DNA from: a virus
Taxonomy: Duplodnaviria; Caudoviricetes
Length of the DNA stretch: 35,614 nucleotides
Reading direction: 5' to 3' (one strand)
IMG/VR virus record: IMGVR_UViG_3300020044_003831
Span: 1-35,614 of that record
Shown: one piece after another, positions 34,516 to 35,614 of the stretch
How positions within the stretch are numbered: position 1 is the first letter of the stretch
How the letters are laid out: every line of letters starts with the position of its first letter
Position numbers and translations under genes: made by a program
The notes under the pieces: generated by a model
Seen by the model: the letters and a program-made list of their open reading frames with translations, nothing else
What the model was told of the DNA's origin: nothing
Database searches by the model: none

Positions 34516-34667
34516 TAGTTGCTCCCGTTGTGGCCGCACTGTGCACATGGGTCTTGGTCGTCACTGCCATTGCGGTGTTTGCACCAGCAGCATGGGATGT
34601 TGAAGTCAAACGCCTCGGGCTCGAATTTGTCGTTTGGAACGATAGGGATCATGATAGGTTGGTTCAT
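34515..34667 (-). CDS. Small Cys-rich protein (50 aa)
   Basis: MNQPIMIPIVPNDKFEPEAFDFNIPCCWCKHRNGSDDQDPCAQCGHNGSN; ATGA and TAATG coupling. Confidence 0.65.
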   Translation of the reverse strand: MNQPIMIPIVPNDKFEPEAFDFNIPCCWCKHRNGSDDQDPCAQCGHNGSN

Positions 34668-34948
34668 TTTGTTCCCTCAATTAAACGAAGTGAATTAAGA
34701 AACAAAGGCGCAGCCATTACCATCAACATATGACGCCCGTCTTTGTTTTTTTGCTTCAATAGTTCGTCGCCAACAAAAAACCATTGCAGTTCGCCAAAAC
34801 TGTACGCGCTGGTGTTTGTTTTGTGATCTTCTCGAATTACACGCGCAAGCTCATCAAAAAACTCGGTTTGCTGGCTGGAACTCATTTGCCAAAAAGCCTC
34901 AGCCATCATGGCTGGCGTAAGCTGAACTGTTGCTGTTGCGTGAATCAT
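34664..34948 (-). CDS. Hypothetical protein
   Basis: LTP...AEAFW.M.S.QQ..FF..LA; coupled to neighbours. Confidence 0.72.
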   Translation of the reverse strand: MIHATATVQLTPAMMAEAFWQMSSSQQTEFFDELARVIREDHKTNTSAYSFGELQWFFVGDELLKQKNKDGRHMLMVMAAPLFLNSLRLIEGTK

Positions 34949-35226
34949 TTTGCACCTCGCACTTGGTCAATGATTGCCTGGATGGCCGTTACTTTTGGAT
35001 CTTTTATGCCGTGGTAGTGTGCGTACAGTGGCAGCAGATCCAGAACGGCCTGATAGAGGTCTTTGGATGCGGCGATCAGGCGGGCATCGGCTTCGACCGT
35101 TTCTGGAAAGTGCCTAAAGGTCGATGCGACCGTCAGGTCGTATTTGTCAACGCCTTGGCGGATTGCGATCCAGCCTGATGTGTCGCGGTTTGATGCGTCG
35201 GTTGTCCATTTTCCTGGTGTGAACAT
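34945..35226 (-). CDS. Hypothetical protein (TPG.W...A.ARLIAA type, second paralogue)
   Basis: MFTPGKW...EADARLIAASKDLY; GAGG RBS. Confidence 0.72.
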   Translation of the reverse strand: MFTPGKWTTDASNRDTSGWIAIRQGVDKYDLTVASTFRHFPETVEADARLIAASKDLYQAVLDLLPLYAHYHGIKDPKVTAIQAIIDQVRGAK

Positions 35227-35234
35227 GGCTGGCC

Positions 35235-35369
35235 TCACTTGGAAAGATGGATGAACAGCAGTGCGGCCAAGCCGAGGCCGATGACCACTACAAGCAGCAC
35301 GCCCATTGCGGCCTCTGCGCGGTTGTTGATTTTGCGAGCCTGTCGCTCGTAGTGCCATTGATGTTTCAT
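35235..35369 (-). CDS. Small single-TM protein (44 aa), first gene after the promoter
   Basis: MKHQWHYERQARKINNRAEAAMGVLLVVVIGLGLAALLFIHLSK; GAAAG RBS. Confidence 0.65.
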   Translation of the reverse strand: MKHQWHYERQARKINNRAEAAMGVLLVVVIGLGLAALLFIHLSK

Positions 35370-35415
35370 GTCTGTCTTTCGGTTAGTGGCTGCAAGATGT
35401 TGCCGCCTGTGTGAA

Positions 35416-35444
35416 ATCATAATCCAATAATTTAACGAAATCAA
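35416..35444 (-). promoter_or_regulatory. Sigma70-type promoter driving the accessory operon
   Basis: TTGATT-17 nt-TATGAT with an upstream A/T tract (UP-element-like). Confidence 0.7.
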
Positions 35445-35493
35445 TCTTTTTTGGAAATAATTTTTTTCTCGTTCATCCTGGCCACCAAGTCAG

Positions 35494-35614
35494 CGTCGAT
35501 CCCAGCAAAAACGCCAGACTTGTCGGCGGCAAGCTCTTTGGCGTAGTCCCAGGCCCAAGATTTCCATGCCGGGTCTTTTGCGATTTGCACCAGGCGGTCG
35601 AGTTGCATCTTGTA
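35494..35614. repeat. Direct terminal repeat, copy 2
   Basis: Identical to 1-121. Confidence 0.95.

Noticed and set aside
35494-35614. 121-bp terminal repeat as a biological DTR
   Set aside because: It falls mid-gene and has a k-mer-like length, and a PBSX/SPP1-like terminase suggests headful packaging. It is best read as an assembly overlap.

Overview
This looks like a complete, circularly permuted genome of a small siphovirus-type tailed phage. Bases 1-121 are identical to 35494-35614, giving a 35,493-bp unit, and one gene reads across the join. The small-gene families suggest a Betaproteobacteria/Burkholderiales host (inference). Most genes lie on the minus strand: small modular accessory genes, glutaredoxin, terminase, an RcGTA-like head-spike module, an HK97-type head, a non-contractile tail with a -1 frameshifted chaperone, and lysis genes. 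A second minus-strand block holds an XRE regulator, SSB, a Gp49/66 (Acb4-like) protein, nucleases, RusA, an SF2 helicase-methyltransferase fusion, a GIY-YIG endonuclease and a replication initiator. One plus-strand operon carries ERF, Gp157, a pentapeptide-repeat protein, RdgC, HNH-AP2 and a MazG-like NTP-PPase. I recognised no integrase, tRNA, CRISPR array or reverse transcriptase. The most unusual signals are: (i) several structured intergenic RNAs, two of them covarying copies of one three-way junction whose loops are antisense to their own downstream start regions; (ii) a likely anti-CBASS sponge gene behind a loop-E-containing RNA; (iii) a homing-endonuclease start codon locked in a hairpin whose loop is its own -10 box; (iv) an in-frame amber codon splitting a domain; and (v) mosaic genes built from cassettes joined at QEPVAW and YTAPPAQRKPL linkers. 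All family assignments come from motif recognition, not database searches.
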